In this document: positions 19,063 through 41,770 of the stretch, one piece after another
Layout: every line of letters starts with the position of its first letter
Position numbering within the stretch: the stretch's first letter is position 1
Assembly (NCBI RefSeq): GCF_009914755.1
Contig: NC_060947.1
Length of the DNA stretch: 64,000 bases
Strand: one strand, 5' to 3'
Source: the human T2T-CHM13v2.0 reference genome, Homo sapiens
Program-made: the position numbers and the translations under genes
Notes under the pieces: generated by a model
Seen by the model: only the letters and a program-made list of their open reading frames with translations
Database searches by the model: none
Told to the model about the DNA's origin: nothing

Positions 19063-19732
19063 AATAAACTGGTATAAGATGTCTTACATAACTGTCATGG
19101 CAACCACAGGCAAAATATTATAGCTGATACACACAAAATAAAGAAGAAGGGATCAAACCATACCACTATAAAAAAAAAATCAAGTCACAAAGGAAGACAG
19201 CAAGAAGGGAAGAGCAAAGAAACTATAAAACATTCAGGAAACAACTAATAAAATGACAATAGTTAAGTCCTTACTTATCAATAATTAATTTAACTGTAAT
19301 GGATTAATTTCTCCAACCAAAAGACACAAACTGGCTGAATGGATAAAACAACAAATCTATTTCCTTCCTACAAGATACTCACTTTAGCTTTAAGGACACA
19401 CATAGGCTGAAAGTGAAGGGATGGAAAAAATACATTCCATGCAAATAGCAACCAAAAGAGAGCAGGGTTGGGTATACTTATATCAGAAAAAAATAGAATT
19501 TATGTCAAAAACTGTCACCAGAGACAAAGAAGGGCATTATATAATGATAAAGGAGTCAATTCATCAAGAGGATATAACAGTTGTAAATATATATCTACTT
19601 AACATCACCTAAAATATAAACCAAGTATCAACATGACTGAAGGGAGAAATAAACAGCAATACAACAATAGTAGGAGACTTCAGTACCCCACTTTGAAAAC
19701 AGAATAGATCTATGAAAAAGAAAATCAGTAAG

Positions 19733-19820
19733 TACTAATGGTCTGAATGTTTGTGTTCCCCCACAATTCCTATGTTGAAATCCTAACCACAAAGATGATA
19801 GTATTAGAAAGTGGGGCTTT
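19733..19820 (+). mobile_element. MLT1A-like LTR 5' fragment
   Basis: atggtctgaatgtttgtgttccccc...gttgaaatcctaacc...gtattagaaagtggggcttt. Confidence 0.7.
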
Positions 19821-19844
19821 AAAACAAACAAACAACAACAACAA

Positions 19845-20118
19845 CAACAAAAAACAGGGCCTCACTCTGTTACCCAAGCTGGAGTACACTGACACTATCA
19901 TAGCTCACTGTAGCCTCAACCTCCCAGATGCAAGCAACCCTCCCATCTCAGCCTCCCAAGGAGCTGGAACTACAGATGCAGGCTACCACACCAGGCTATG
20001 TTTTGTTTGTTTGTTTGTTTGTTTTTGTTTTTTGTTTGTTTGTTTGTTTTTCTGGTAGAGACAGGGTCTTGCTACGATGCCTAGGCTGGTCTCAAACTCC
20101 TGGGCTCAAGCGATCCTT
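19845..20118 (-). mobile_element. Alu (AluJ-like), truncated
   Basis: Reverse-complement Alu with (TTTG)n in the linker. Confidence 0.85.
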
Positions 20119-20512
20119 GAGCTTTTAAAATTTTGAAATTTAAAAAAAACTAAAATCATATCAAGTATCCTTTCTGACCAAAATGGTATGAAACTAGAAA
20201 TCAATAACAGGAAGAATTTTGGAAAAATCACAAATACATGGAAATTAAACACCATGCTCATGAACAATCAGCAGGTCAATGAATAACTTAAAAGGGAAAT
20301 TTAAAAGCATCTAGAGGTGGCTCATGCCTGCAATCTCATCATTTCAGGAGGCCCAGGCAGGAAGCTTTCTTGAGATTAGTCTAGGCAACATGGCAAGAAC
20401 CTGTCACTACAAACATATATATATGTATGTACACATTTTAAAAATTAAAAAAAAATTTTAAGTACCTTCAGACAAATGAAAATAAAAACAATCCATACCA
20501 AAACTAATAGGA

Positions 20513-21026
<514 letters not shown>

Positions 21027-21354
21027 TTAGCAAAACCAAGATATAGAGAGTAATCAAATAAAATCAGAAATGAGAGAGGAGATGTTACAACTGATATCAA
21101 GAATAAAGAATCATAAGAGACTGCTATGAACAATTACAATTATACATCAACAAACTAGATAACCTAGAAGAAATGGATAAATTCCTAGATATATACAACA
21201 TATCAAGATTGAATCAGAAAATCTGAACAAATAATGATTAAAAATTAAATCCAGTAATAAAATGTCTTCATTCAAAGAAAAGCCAAGGACCTGATGGGTT
21301 CACTGCTGAATTTCTAAAATATTTTTTAAAAAACTAATTATAAAACATATATTA

Positions 21355-27875
<6,521 letters not shown>

Positions 27876-28228
27876 AGAATGAATGGCAATCCTTCCCAAA
27901 CTCTTCCAAAAAATCAGAAGGGGGAATGCTTCCAAACTTTATTAACAAGATTAGCGTTACCCTGATACCAAATCCAGACAAGGACATTCCAAGAAAAGAA
28001 AATTACAGACCAATAACCTTGATGAACATAGATGCAAATATCCTCAACAAAATACTAGCAACTGAATTCAACAACACATTAAAAGGATCATTCACTATGA
28101 TCAGGTGGGATTTATTCCTGAGATGGAATAGTTCAAAATATGCAAAACGTAAATGTGGTATGTCACATTAACAGAGTAAAGGACAAAAAACATATGATCC
28201 TCTGATTTGATGTGGAAAAAGCATCTGA

Positions 28229-28566
<338 letters not shown>

Positions 28567-28683
28567 TCACCAAATTAGATATAAAAAGAACGTATCTTAA
28601 CACAATAAAGTCCATATATAAGAAACCCACAGCTAACATTATACTCAACAGTAAAAAACTGAAACCTTTACTCTAAGATCTAG

Positions 28684-29005
<322 letters not shown>

Positions 29006-30061
29006 CCCCTCTTGCCATTTCGATCCAACATAATATTGGAAGTCCTCACCAGAGCAATTAAGCAAAAGAAAGAAAGTAAAAGACATCCAAACAAGAAAGG
29101 AAGAAGTGAAATTGTATCAGATGCTGACAACATGATTTTATATTAGAAAATCCTGAATACTCCACCAAAAAACTGTTAAGAATGAATAAAAAAATACAGT
29201 AAAGTTGCAAAATGCAAATTGTACATGCAAAAATCAATAGTGTTTCTAGGCACGATCAATGAACTATCCAAAAATGAAATAAAGAGAACAATCTAACTTA
29301 TAATAGCTACAAAAAAATCCAATACCTAGAAATAAATTTAACCAAGGAAGTGAAAGGCATGTATACTGAAAACTATAAACTGAAAAAAAAAACTGAAAAC
29401 ACAAATGGAAAGATACCCCATGTTCATGGATTGAAAGAATTCATATTGTTACAATATCCATACTACCAAAAGTGATATGCAGATTCAATGCAATCCCTAT
29501 AAAAATTCCAATATCAATTTTCATAGAAATGGGAAAACGACACTAAAATGTGTATGGATCCACAAAAAACACCAATTAGCAAATGCTACAATGAGCAAAA
29601 AGAATACAGCTGGATGGTTCACACAACCTAATTTCAAACTATATTACAAAGCTATAGTAATTAAAACAACATGGTAGTGGCATAAAAATAGACGTGTCAA
29701 CCAATGGAACAGAATAGAGAGCCCAGAAATGAACCCACACATGTGTGGTCAATTGGTTTTCAACAAAGGTGCCAAGAATATGCAATGAAAAAAGGATAGT
29801 CTCTTCAACAAATGATGTTGGGAAAGCTGGATATCCACACACAGAAGAATGAAATTTAAACCTTCTCTCCCACCACGTACAAAAATCAACTTAAAATGGA
29901 TTAAAGACCTAAATGTAATTCTTCCAAAATACAAAAAAAACCAATACTTCCAAACTCTTTTAACAGGGTCAGCATTACCCTGATACTAAAGCCAGACAAA
30001 GACATTCCAAGAAAATAAAACTACAATAACCCTGATGATCAGAAAATGTAAATCTCTTGGG

Positions 30062-30063
<2 letters not shown>

Positions 30064-30110
<47 letters not shown>
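30064..30110. repeat. (CA)n microsatellite
   Basis: ~23 perfect CA units. Confidence 0.97.
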
Positions 30111-30112
<2 letters not shown>

Positions 30113-30314
30113 GGAAAAACTACATGGCCTGGTCTGGGCAATGTTTTCTTGGATTTGACCACAAAAGCACAGGAAACAAAGGCAAAAAGAGACAAGTGGG
30201 GTTATATCAAGCTAAAAAGCTTTTGCACAGCAATGAAAGCAATTAACAGTGCAAAGAGTCAACCTACAGATTGGGAGAAAGTATTTCTAATCCATATATC
30301 CAGTAAGGGTTTTG

Positions 30315-30316
<2 letters not shown>

Positions 30317-30381
<65 letters not shown>
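30317..30381. repeat. Compound (TA)n(GA)n microsatellite
   Basis: Direct reading. Confidence 0.97.
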
Positions 30382-30418
30382 CAAGAAAACAAATAATCCA
30401 AATAAATAATGGGCAAAA

Positions 30419-30557
30419 AGCCAGGCATGGTGGCACACATCTATAATCCTAGCTACTCCAGAGGCTGATGCAGGAGGATTGCTTGAGCACAGGAGTACGA
30501 GACCAGCACAAGACCACTTTGGGAAATACAACACGACCCTGTCTCAAAAAAAAAAAA
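30419..30557 (+). mobile_element. Alu monomer (FLAM/FRAM-like)
   Basis: Single arm plus A tail. Confidence 0.8.
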
Positions 30558-30676
30558 GTTGGCAAGAAAAGTGAATACACATTTCTCAAAAGAACACATA
30601 CAAATGGCCAACAGATATATGAAAAAATGCTCAAAATCGCTACACATTAGGGAAGCTCAAATTAAAACCACAGTGA

Positions 30677-30947
30677 GGGCAGGTGTGGTGGCTCACGCCT
30701 GTAATCCCAAACTTTGGGAGGCCAAGGCAAGCAAATCACCTGAGCTTAGGAGTTTGAGACCAGCCTGGCCAACATGGCAAAACCCTGTCTCTACTAAAAA
30801 TACAAAAATTAGCTAGGCATGGTGGCAGGCGCCTGTGATCCCAGCTACTCGGGAAGCTGAGGCACGATAATCACTTGAACCCTGGAGGCGGAGGTTGAAG
30901 TGAGCCGAGAGCAAGACTCTGTCTCAAACAAACAAACAAACAAAAAA
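30677..30947 (+). mobile_element. Alu (AluS-like), right-arm deletion
   Basis: gagccgaga|gcaagact junction; TSD ccacagtgag/ccacaatgag. Confidence 0.88.
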
Positions 30948-32309
30948 CCCACAATGAGATATCACCTCATACCTGTCAGAATGATTATGGGGAGACGAAA
31001 GATAACAAGAGTTGGCAAGGATGTGAAAAAAGGAAACCCTTGTACATTGTCAATGAGAATGTAAATTAGTACAAACATTATGGAAAACTGTATAGAAGTT
31101 CCTCAACAAACTAAAAATAAAATTACTATATGATGCAGCTTTTGGGTATTTACCCCAAATATTTGAAGTCAGTTTGTCAAAGAGACGTCTACACTTCTGG
31201 GTTCACTGCAACGCTACTCACAATAGCCAAGTTACACAATCCACCTAAGTGTCCCTCAACAAATAAATGGATTAAAAAATGTAGCATTATATACACAATG
31301 GAATACTATTCAGCCTTTAAAAGAATGGAAAAACTGTGATTTGTGACAACATGGATGAACCAGGAAGATATTATGCTAAGTGAAATAAGTCCAGCACGGA
31401 GAGTCAAATACCACATGTTTTAAATTGTACCTGGAATCTAAAACAACTGAACTCGTACAAGCACAGAGTAGAATGGTGGTTACAGAGACAGAGCTGTGGA
31501 GAGAATGTAGAGATGATGATTAAAAAGTACAAACTTGGATAAGGAACAAGATGGTTCAAGACACAGCTGGGAAGCACCTCTCTCACCAAGAGAAACCAAA
31601 TATCAAGTAAACCATCACACTTCAAACACATCTTTTGAGAGAAAACACTGAAAGTCAACAGAGAGGCAACACAGACACTGACTTGGAAGAGGCACAGGAA
31701 ACTGGGAACTCCGCATGGAGTCACCAAGCACCAGGACCAGCTCTCAGCCTTCAACAGGTCCTAAGGAAGGGGTAAATGAAGGAATTATGAGTCAACACAC
31801 TCCCACCACGGACCTCTGGGATCCTAGCTACAAGAGATTCCACAAACTCCATAGACATTTAAATTGGCAGGGTAAAATGCCAGGAGAGTAGACAGAGGCA
31901 GAGCTCAAGCCTGCGCAGAGCCCAGAAGGTTCTGCATGCAAGGCAGCTGCAGTAAAACACGACCCTGATGACTGCTGGGCCAAGAGAGAGGATAGAGCAG
32001 AGATGGCTTTCCTGCAGTACTGGAGTGCATCTGATCTGCATGCCCCTCTGTCGGCAACACCTCCCAAGGCTCCTGCCTGGATTCTCCTACAAGAGCAAGC
32101 ACACAGCATAGCCTCCACTGCCCTGCCTGAGTGCTTTGCCAGTGGCTTGGGTGCACTTCAGCCCCGCTAGGACAGCTAGTGTTCAACTATGAGGGGCCAG
32201 AGTACAAAGCTGCAGGCCCAGTCCCAATCCTGCATCGTTTGAGCACACAGGTCAGAAGTTTCAAGAATGGCAAGTTGGATAAAAAACAAGACCCAATCAT
32301 TTGCTGTCT

Positions 32310-32466
32310 TTTTTTTATTATTATACTTTAAGTTTTAGGGTACATGTGCACAACATGCAGGTTTGTTACATATGTATACCGTGGCACATATACACCATGG
32401 AATACTATGCAGCCATAAAAATGATGAGTTCATGTCCTTTGTAGGGACATGGATGAAGCTGGAAAC
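32310..32466 (-). mobile_element. Very short twin-primed (5'-inverted) L1PA insertion
   Basis: Minus-strand L1 3' end (tttttattattatactttaagttttaggg...gtatac) fused at ~32380 to a plus-strand ORF2-end segment; TSD atcatttgctgtcttt/atcatctgctatcttt. Confidence 0.85.
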
Positions 32467-33130
32467 CATCATCTGCTATCTTTAAGAGATGCATCTCACA
32501 TGTAATGACACCTACAGGCTCAAAGTAAAGTGATGGAGAAAGATCTATCATAAAAACAGAAAAAAAAGGAGGGGTCACTATTCTTATATCAGATAAAACA
32601 GACTTTAAACCAACAATAGTCAAAAAGGACAAAGGACATTACATAACAATAAAGGATTCAATTCAACAAGAAGACTTAATTATCCTAAATATATATACAC
32701 CCAACATTAGAGAACGCTGATTCATAAAACAAGTACTTCTAGACCTATGAATAGCCTCAGTCACACAATAATAAGGGGAACTTCAAGAACCCACTGACAG
32801 CGTTAGACAGATCATCAAGGCAGAAAACTTATGAGGAAATTCTGCACTTAAATTCAACACTTGAACAATTGGACCTAATAGATTTCTACAAAATATGTCA
32901 CTCAGCAACCATGGAACACACATTCTTCTCATCTGCATGCAGAACATACTCTAAGATTGACCACATGTTCGGGCATAAAGCACATCTCAATGAATTCAAA
33001 CAAACTGAAATCATACCAAGCATACACTCAGACCACAGTGCAATAAAAATAGAAATGAATACCAAAGAAGATCCCTTAAAACCACACAATTACCTGGAAA
33101 TTAAGCACAACTTGTTACTGAGTGATTTCA

Positions 33131-33888
<758 letters not shown>

Positions 33889-34680
33889 CTAAAACCATAG
33901 CAAAACTGAATAAAATTGAGATGTAAAACTGTATACAAAAGATCAACGAAACCAAAACTTGGTTTTATTTGAAAGAATAAACAAGATTCACAGACTGGTA
34001 GCTAAATTAACAAAGAAAATAGAGAAAGAAGATCAACAACGACAAAAACAACAATGACAACAAAGCCCTGGACCTAGAATTTACATCCAAATTCTACCAG
34101 GCATGCAAAGAAGAGCTGGTACCAATCCTACTGAAAATATTCCAAAATATCAAAGAGGAGAGACTCCTCCGTAATTCATTCTACGATGCATCATCCTGAT
34201 GGTGGCATCATCCTGATACCTAAATCTGGCAGGAACAACAAAAAACAAAACTTCCAGCCAATATCACTGATGAACATCAATGCAAAAATCCTCAACAAAA
34301 TACTAGCAAACTGAATCCAGCAACACATTAAAAAGTTAATTCACCACGATCAAGTAGGCTTTATTCCTGGGATACAAGATTGGTTCAATATATTCAAATC
34401 AATGAATGTGACTGACCACATAAACAGAGTTAAAAACAAAAACCACATGATCATCTCTAATAGTCACAGAAAATGCATTCAATAAAATCCAACACCCATT
34501 CATGATAAAAAACCCCCAATACACTAGGCATCAAAGGAACATATCTCAAAATAATAAGAGCCATCTATGACAAACCCACGGCCAACATCATAATGAACAG
34601 GCCAAAACTAGGAACATTTCCCTTGAGAACTGGAACAAACAAGGACGCCCACACTCACCACTTCTATTCAACATAGTACT

Positions 34681-35087
34681 GTGGTGTAGTTTGAATGTCC
34701 CTGCCCAAATCTCATGTTGACTTGTAATCTCCAGTGTTGGAGATAGGGCCTGCTGGAAGATGTTTGGATCATGGGGGCATATCTCTCATGAATGGCTTAG
34801 CCCATCCCCTTGGTGATGAGTGAATGAGTTCTCACGAAATCTGGTTTTGTAGAAGTGGGTGGCACTTTCCCTCCCACCCTCACTCTCTTTCTTCTGCTTT
34901 TGCCGGGTGAAATGTCTGCTCCCGCTTCACCTTCTGCCATGAGAAAAAGCTTTCTGAGGCCTTACCAGAAGCAGATGACAGCACTATGTTTCCTGTACAG
35001 CCTACAGAACCATGAACCAATTAAACCTTTTTTCTTATAAATTAAAACAGTCTCAAGTATTTATAGCAAACAAGAATGGCCTAATAC
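34681..35087 (+). mobile_element. MSTB-like MaLR solo LTR
   Basis: cccaaatctcatgttga...aaccatgaaccaattaaacc...ctaatac; TSD gtact/gtact. Confidence 0.85.
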
Positions 35088-35288
35088 GTACTATATATCC
35101 TAGCCAGACCGATCAGGCAAGAGAAAGAAATTAAAAGCATCCAAATAGGAAAAGAAGAAGTCAAACTATCTCCCTTCACTGACATTATGATTCTATAACT
35201 AGAAAGCACTAAAGCCTCCAAAAAAAAAAAAGGCTCTTAGAACTAATAAATGACTTCAGTAAAATTTCAGGATACAAAATAAATGTAG

Positions 35289-37882
35289 AGGGAGATAGAG
35301 CAAGATGGCCAAATGGAAGTCTCCACTGATCATTCTCCCTGCAGGAGCACCAAACTTGACAACTATCTGCACAAAAAAAGCAATTTTGTAGGAACCAAAA
35401 ATCAGGTGAGTGGTCACAGTGCCTGGTCTTAACTTCATATAACTGAAAGAGGCACTGAAGAGGGTAGGAAAGACAGTCTTGAATTGCCCACACCATCCCT
35501 TCCCCATTCACAGCCACATAATGGGAAGAATCTGTGCGTTTGGGGGATAGAGAGTGCAATGATTGTGAGACTCTGCATCGCAACTCAGTGCCGCCCTTTC
35601 ACAGCAGAAAACACTAGGCACAAATCAGTTGACGTCAATGGAGAGCACATTTAGACCAGCCCTAGTCAGAGGGCAATCATCCATTCCAGTAATTGGAACT
35701 TGAGTTGTAGCAAGCCTCATTGCTGTCGGCTAAAGTGCATTGGGGTCCTAAATAAACCTGAAAGGCAGTCTAGGCCACAAGGCAAGTCCTTGTGGGTATG
35801 GAGTCAGTAAACTTAGGGGGCATGTGAGACACCAGCCTGGGTGGCCAAGGGAGTGCCTACCCTGCCCCTCCCCCAAGCCCAGGCAGCACAGGTTGCAGCT
35901 CCAAGAGACCCCCTTCCTTCTGCTTGAGGAGAGGAAAGGGAAGAGTAAACAGGGCTTGGTCTTGCAATTTGGATAACAACTCTGCTATGGTAGGATAGGA
36001 CACCAGGAAGAGTCATGAGACACCCATTCCAAGCCCTAGCTACTGGATAACATTTCTAGACACAACCAGGGCCAGAAGGGGATCTGCTGCCTTGAAAGGA
36101 AAGACCAGGTCCTGAAAGGATTCATCACCCACTGGCTAGAAAGCCAACACATTTTGAACAATCAGCAGCGATAGCCAAGTAGTGCATACCATAGATGGGC
36201 CTTGGGTGAGAATCTGAGATGTGCTGGCTTCAGGTGTGAGCCAACACATTCCCAGCTATGGTGGCTATGGGGAGAGTCTCCTTCTGCTTGACAAAAAAAA
36301 GGGGAAGATGAAAGGGGACTTTATCTTGCAGCTTAGGTACCAGGTCAGCCACAGTGGGGTAGAGCACCAAGCAGTCTCTTGGGTCCCCAATTCCAGACCT
36401 TGACTCTTGGATGGCATTTCTGGACCTACCCTGGGCCAGAGAGAAGTGCACTGCCTTGCAAGATGAGTCCCAGACCCGGCACCATTCATCACAAGCTGAC
36501 TGAAGAGCCCTTGGGCCTTCAGTGAACATCAGTGGAGCCTGGCAGTACTCCCCACGGGCCTGTGACAGTGGTGGCCATAGGAAGATACTCCTCTGCTTGT
36601 GGAAAGAGGAGGGAAGAGTAGAAAAAAACTTTTTCTTGTGGCTTGGGTGCCAGATCAGCCACAGTAAAAAGGAGCACCAGGTAGCTCCCTAAGGATTCTG
36701 ACTCCAGGCCCTTGTTCCTGGCCAGCATCTTTGCACCCACCAGGAGCCAGGGGGAACTTGCTGCCCTGAATTGAAGGACACAAGCCTGGCAAGCTTCATC
36801 GCCTCACCTGCTATTAGAGCCCTCGTTCATTAAGCAAACATAGGTGGTAGCCAGGTAGCAGATTACAGCAGGCCTTGGGTGAGACCCAGTACTACGCTGG
36901 CTTCAGGTGAGACACAGCAGTCCCAGGGGTAGTGGCCACAGGGGTGCTTGTATCACTCCTCCCCTAGCTCCAGACAGTTCAATACAGAAAAACAGACTCC
37001 ATTTGTTAGAGAGAAAGCAAGGGAAGAGAACAAAGAGTCTCTGCTTGGTAATCCAGAGAATTTTTCTGGACCCCATCCAACACCACCAAGGTGAGACCTC
37101 TAAAAGTCTGCAAGACTCACAGTGTTACTGGGCTTGGGGTGCCTTCTAAGGCAGATACGGCTGCTGTGACCAAAAACATAGCACACAACATGCAAATCCC
37201 TTCAAATATTAGAAAGTCTTCCCAAAAATGATGGATACAAATAAGCCCAGACTGCAAAGACTACAGTAAATACCTAACTCTTCACTGTCCAGACACCAAC
37301 AAATATCCACAAGCCTCAAGACCATCCAGGAAAACATGCCCTTACCAAATGAACTAAATAAGGCACCAGGGACCAATCCCAGAGTGACAGAGATATGTGA
37401 CCTTTCAGGCAGAGAATTCAAATTAGCCCTTTTGAGGAAACAAAAAAATTCAGGATAACACAGAGAAGGAATTCAGAATCCTATCAGATATATCTAACAA
37501 AGTGATTGAAATAATTACAAAGAATCAAGCAGAAATTCTGGAATAGAAAAATGCAATTGATATACTGATATCAGAGTATCTTAATAGTGCAACTGAACAA
37601 GTAGATGAAATAAGTAGTGACCTTGAAGACAGGCTATTAAAAATACAAGTCAGGGGAGACAAAAGAAAAAAGAATGAAGTATTCCTACAAGATCTAGAAT
37701 ATAGCCTCATAAAGGGCAAATATAAGAATCACTGACCTTAAAGAGGAGGTAGAGAAAGATATAGTGGTAGATAGTTTATTCAAAGGGATAATAACAGAGA
37801 ACTTCCCAAACCTAGAGAGATATCAATATTCAAGTAACAGATTATAGAACACCAGGTGGATTTAAGCCAAAGAAGACTACCT
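35289..37882 (+). mobile_element. L1MA/L1PB-type long 5'UTR (with ~300-bp degenerate monomers) and ORF1 5' part
   Basis: caagatggcc start. Repeated ctgcc(c/t)tgaa...cctctgctt units at ~36000-36900. ORF1 at 37770 is homologous to 3100 (gtttattcaaagggataata). Confidence 0.75.
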
Positions 37883-38705
37883 TGTGGCATCAGTCTTGGA
37901 AAATAATTTATGACTAAGTCCTCACCAAAAGCAATTGCAACAAAACCAAAACTTGACAAGTGGGACCTAATTAAACTAAAGAACTGCTGCACAGCAAAAG
38001 AAACTATCAACAGAGTAAACAGACAACCTACAGAATGGGAGTAAATACTTGCAAGCTATGCATCCAACAAAGGTCTAATACCCAGAATCTTTAAGGAATT
38101 TAAATAATTCAACAAGCAAAATATAACCCCATTAAAAAGTGGGGGTTAAAAAGACATGAACAGACAATTCTCAAAAGAAGACATACAAGTGGTCAACAAA
38201 CATATGAAAAAATGCTCAGCATCACTAGTCATCAGAGAAATGCAAATCAAAACCACAATGAGATACCATCTCACACCAGTCGAAGTGGTTTTTATTAAAA
38301 AGTCAAAGAATAACAGGTGTTAGCTGGGCTGCAGAGAAAAGGGAATTCTTTTACACTGTTGGTGGGGATGTAAATTAGTTCAGCCACTGTGGAAAGCAGT
38401 TTGGAGATTTCTCAAAGAACTTAAAACAGAACTACTATTTGATTCCACAATTTCATTACTGGGGATACAGCCAAAAGAAAACAAATTGTTGTACCAAAAA
38501 GACACATGCACCTGTATGTTCATTGCAGCACTATTCACAATAGTAAAGACATGGAACCAACCTTGCTGCCCATCAATGGCAGAATGCATAAGGTAAATGT
38601 GGTACATATACACCATGAAATACTATGTAGCCATTTAAAAAGAATGAAATCATGTCCTATGCAGCAACACGGATGCAGCTGGAGGCCTTAAGTTAACAAA
38701 CACAG
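37883..38705 (+). mobile_element. Old L1PA/L1PB ORF2 3' fragment
   Basis: atttatgactaagtcctca...gcagctggaggcc. Confidence 0.75.
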
Positions 38706-38714
38706 AAACATAAA

Positions 38715-40425
38715 ATAATGTTAAGGTGACTGAATCAGTAATCAAAAATCTCACAACCAAGGAAAACACAGGGCCAAATGCCTTCACTGGTGAATTCTAC
38801 TAAATATTTAAGAAAAACTTAACGCCAATCCTTCTCAAACTCTTCCCTAAAAATGAAGAGGAAAGAACCTATCCACACTCATTCTATGAGGCCAGCATTA
38901 CCCTAATATCAAAGCCAGACAAGGACATGACAAAAAAACTATCCCTGATGAACACAGATGAAAAAATCCTTAACAAAATACTAGCAAACCAAATACAGCA
39001 CGATCAACTAGGATTTATTCCTCAGATATGAGGGTGGGGGTGGTTCAGCATATAAAAATCAATAAATGTGATACACCATTTGAACAGAATAAAGGATAAA
39101 AATCATATAGTCATCTTGATAGATGCAGAAAAATCTTCTGTTACAAAATTCATCCTTTCAAGATTAAAAAAAAATTTCAAAAAATTAGGAATAGAAGGAA
39201 TGTACCTCATCATAATAAAAATCATGCAACAAGTCCACAGTTAACATCATACTAGATGGTAAAAAGGTTAAAACATTTCCTCTAACATAGGAAAAAAGCA
39301 AAGCAAAGATGCCCACTCTCACCACTTCTATTCAACATTGTACTAGAAGTCTTAGCCAGAGCAATTAGGCAAGATGAGGGGGGGGGAAAGGCATTCAAAT
39401 TTGAAAGGAAGAAGTAAAATTGTTTGCAGATGACATAATCTTATATTAGAAAACCTTAAAATGCTACCAAAAAACTGTCAGAACTAATAAATTCAATAAA
39501 GTTGCAAATCACAAAATCAACATAAAAATCAGTAGCTTTTATATGCAAACAATGAACTATACCCAAAAATTAAGAAAACAATCCCATTTATAATAGTGTC
39601 AAAAAATAAAATACTTATGAGTAAATTTAACCAAGGAGGTGAAAGACTTGCACACTGAAAACTATAAAACACTGAAGAAAGAAATTGAAGAAAACACAAA
39701 TAAAGGGACAGATATCCTGTGTTCACAGATTGGAAGACTTAATATTTTTAAATGTCCATACTACCTAAAGCATTCTACAGATTCAGTCTTATCCCTGTCA
39801 ACATGACAATGGCATTTTCACAGAAGCAGAAAAAATAATCCTCAAATTTATATGGAATCACAAAAGACCTAAATAGCCAAAGCAATCTTGAGCAAAAAGA
39901 ACAAAGCTGGAGCCATCACATTTCCTGATTTCAAAATACACTAGACATCTAATAGTCATTAAAACAGCATGGTATGGACATTTTAAAAAGACATACAGAC
40001 CAATGGAATAGAATAGAATATCTAGAACAAAATCCACATATTTATGGGCAACTGATGATCAACAAAGTTGCCAAGAACATACAATGGGGAAAAGAGAGTT
40101 TCTCCAATAAATGGTGTTGGAAAAACCTGGATATCCACATACAGAAGAATAAAATTGGAACCTTATCTCCCACCTTATGCAAAAAATCAATTAAAAATGG
40201 ATTACAGACTTAAATGTAAGACCAGAAACTGTAAAATTACTAGAAGAAAACTGGGGGAAAGCTTATTGATATTGTATGGGAAATTATTTTTTAGATATGA
40301 CCCCCAAAGTACAGACAACAAAAACAAAAATAGACAAATGGAATTACATCTAACTAAATACCATGTACAACTGCAAAGGAAACAATTAACAGAGTGAAGA
40401 GACAGCCTGTGGAATTGCAGAATAT
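38715..40425 (+). mobile_element. L1M ORF2 fragment (RT region)
   Basis: tgtttgcagatgacataatc (FADD); DQWNRIE in ORF 39974-40213. Confidence 0.8.
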
Positions 40426-41494
40426 TATGAGACCTCAAAAAACTTTTGGAAAAATGGAATTAAAAGATTAAAATATAAATTTTATTTATCAACATAAGCT
40501 CCATCAAGTTTAAGATACCTTTGTGATACTAGCCATTTAGTCCATCCATAAAGAACTGAGGAATTTAGCTATGTCAATGCAATCTTTTTCACATTTCACA
40601 TTAACTGAGGAAAAATGGGTGCCTTTTACAGATTTTTTAAGATTAGGAAACAAAAAGAAGTCAGAAGGAGCCAAATCATGTCTGTAAGGTGGATGCCTAA
40701 TGTTTTTCCATTGAAATTCACAAGATTACTTTTGTTTGATGACAGGAATGAGCAGGAACATTGTTGTGGTGAAGGACACTGGTGAAGCTTTTCAGGCATT
40801 TTCCTGCTAAAATTTTGGCTTTCTGAAAAAACTCTCATAATAAGCAGACATTATCATTCTTTGGCCCTCCAGAAAAATCACCAGGCAAAATGCCTTGAGC
40901 ATCCCAAAAAACTGTTGCTATGATCTTTACTCTTGACAGAGCTGCTTTTGCTTTGACTAGACCACTTCCACTTCTTGGTAGCCACTGCTTTTATTGTAAT
41001 TTCTCTTTGGGATCATACTGGTAAAGCCATGTTCATCTCTTGTTACAATTCTTTGAAGAAATGCTTCAGGATTTTGATCCCACTTGTTTAAAATTTCCAA
41101 TGAAAGCTCTGCTCTTATCTGCCGCTGATCTGGGCACAATGGTTTTGGCACCCATTGAGTTTGCTCCACTTCAATTTTTTCAGTCAGATTTGTATAAGCA
41201 GAACAAATTGAGATGTCTATGGTGTTGGCTATTATTTGTACTATTAATCATCACTCCTCTTCAATTAGAGCACAAACGATTAATTTTTTCCTCACAAATT
41301 GTTGTGTACAGCCTGCTGCTGCAGGTTTCATCTTCAACATCATTTCGTCCCTTCTTTTTTTTTTAACAACATAATGAGTTTATATTTAATATAGTACTTC
41401 TCCCCATGGGGATGTTACTCAATTAATTAATATAAAGTTTTTTAACATTAAATATCTTCTCCATTTCAATGTAAATATAAAGTGTTTTTTTAAA

Positions 41495-41770
41495 GCAAAC
41501 CAAGTACCACATGTTCTCACTTGTAAGTGGGAGCTAAATGATGCGAACTCATGAACACAAAGAAGAGAACAATAGATACTGAGGTCTACTTGAGGGTGGA
41601 GGGTGGGAGGAGGGAGAGGAGTAAAAAATATAACTATTGGGTACTGGGCTTAATACCTGGGTGATGAAATAATCTGTACAACAAACTCCCATGACATGAG
41701 TTTACCTATGTAACAAACTTTCACATGTACCCCAAACCTAAAATAAAAGTTTAAAATGATAAATATAAAA
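41495..41770 (+). mobile_element. Old L1PA (PA13-16-like) 3' fragment inside the retrocopy 3'UTR
   Basis: gagggtggagggtgggaggagggagagg...tacctgggtgatgaaataatctgtac. Confidence 0.8.

Noticed and set aside
35950-36950. ~300-bp degenerate tandem units, and C-rich repeats at 13150-13480
   Set aside because: Explained as monomer structure of old L1 5'UTRs; not a CRISPR-like or novel array.
40957-41366. Mariner transposase ORF as a domesticated gene
   Set aside because: Frameshifted, split by the retrocopy and lacking its 5' end.
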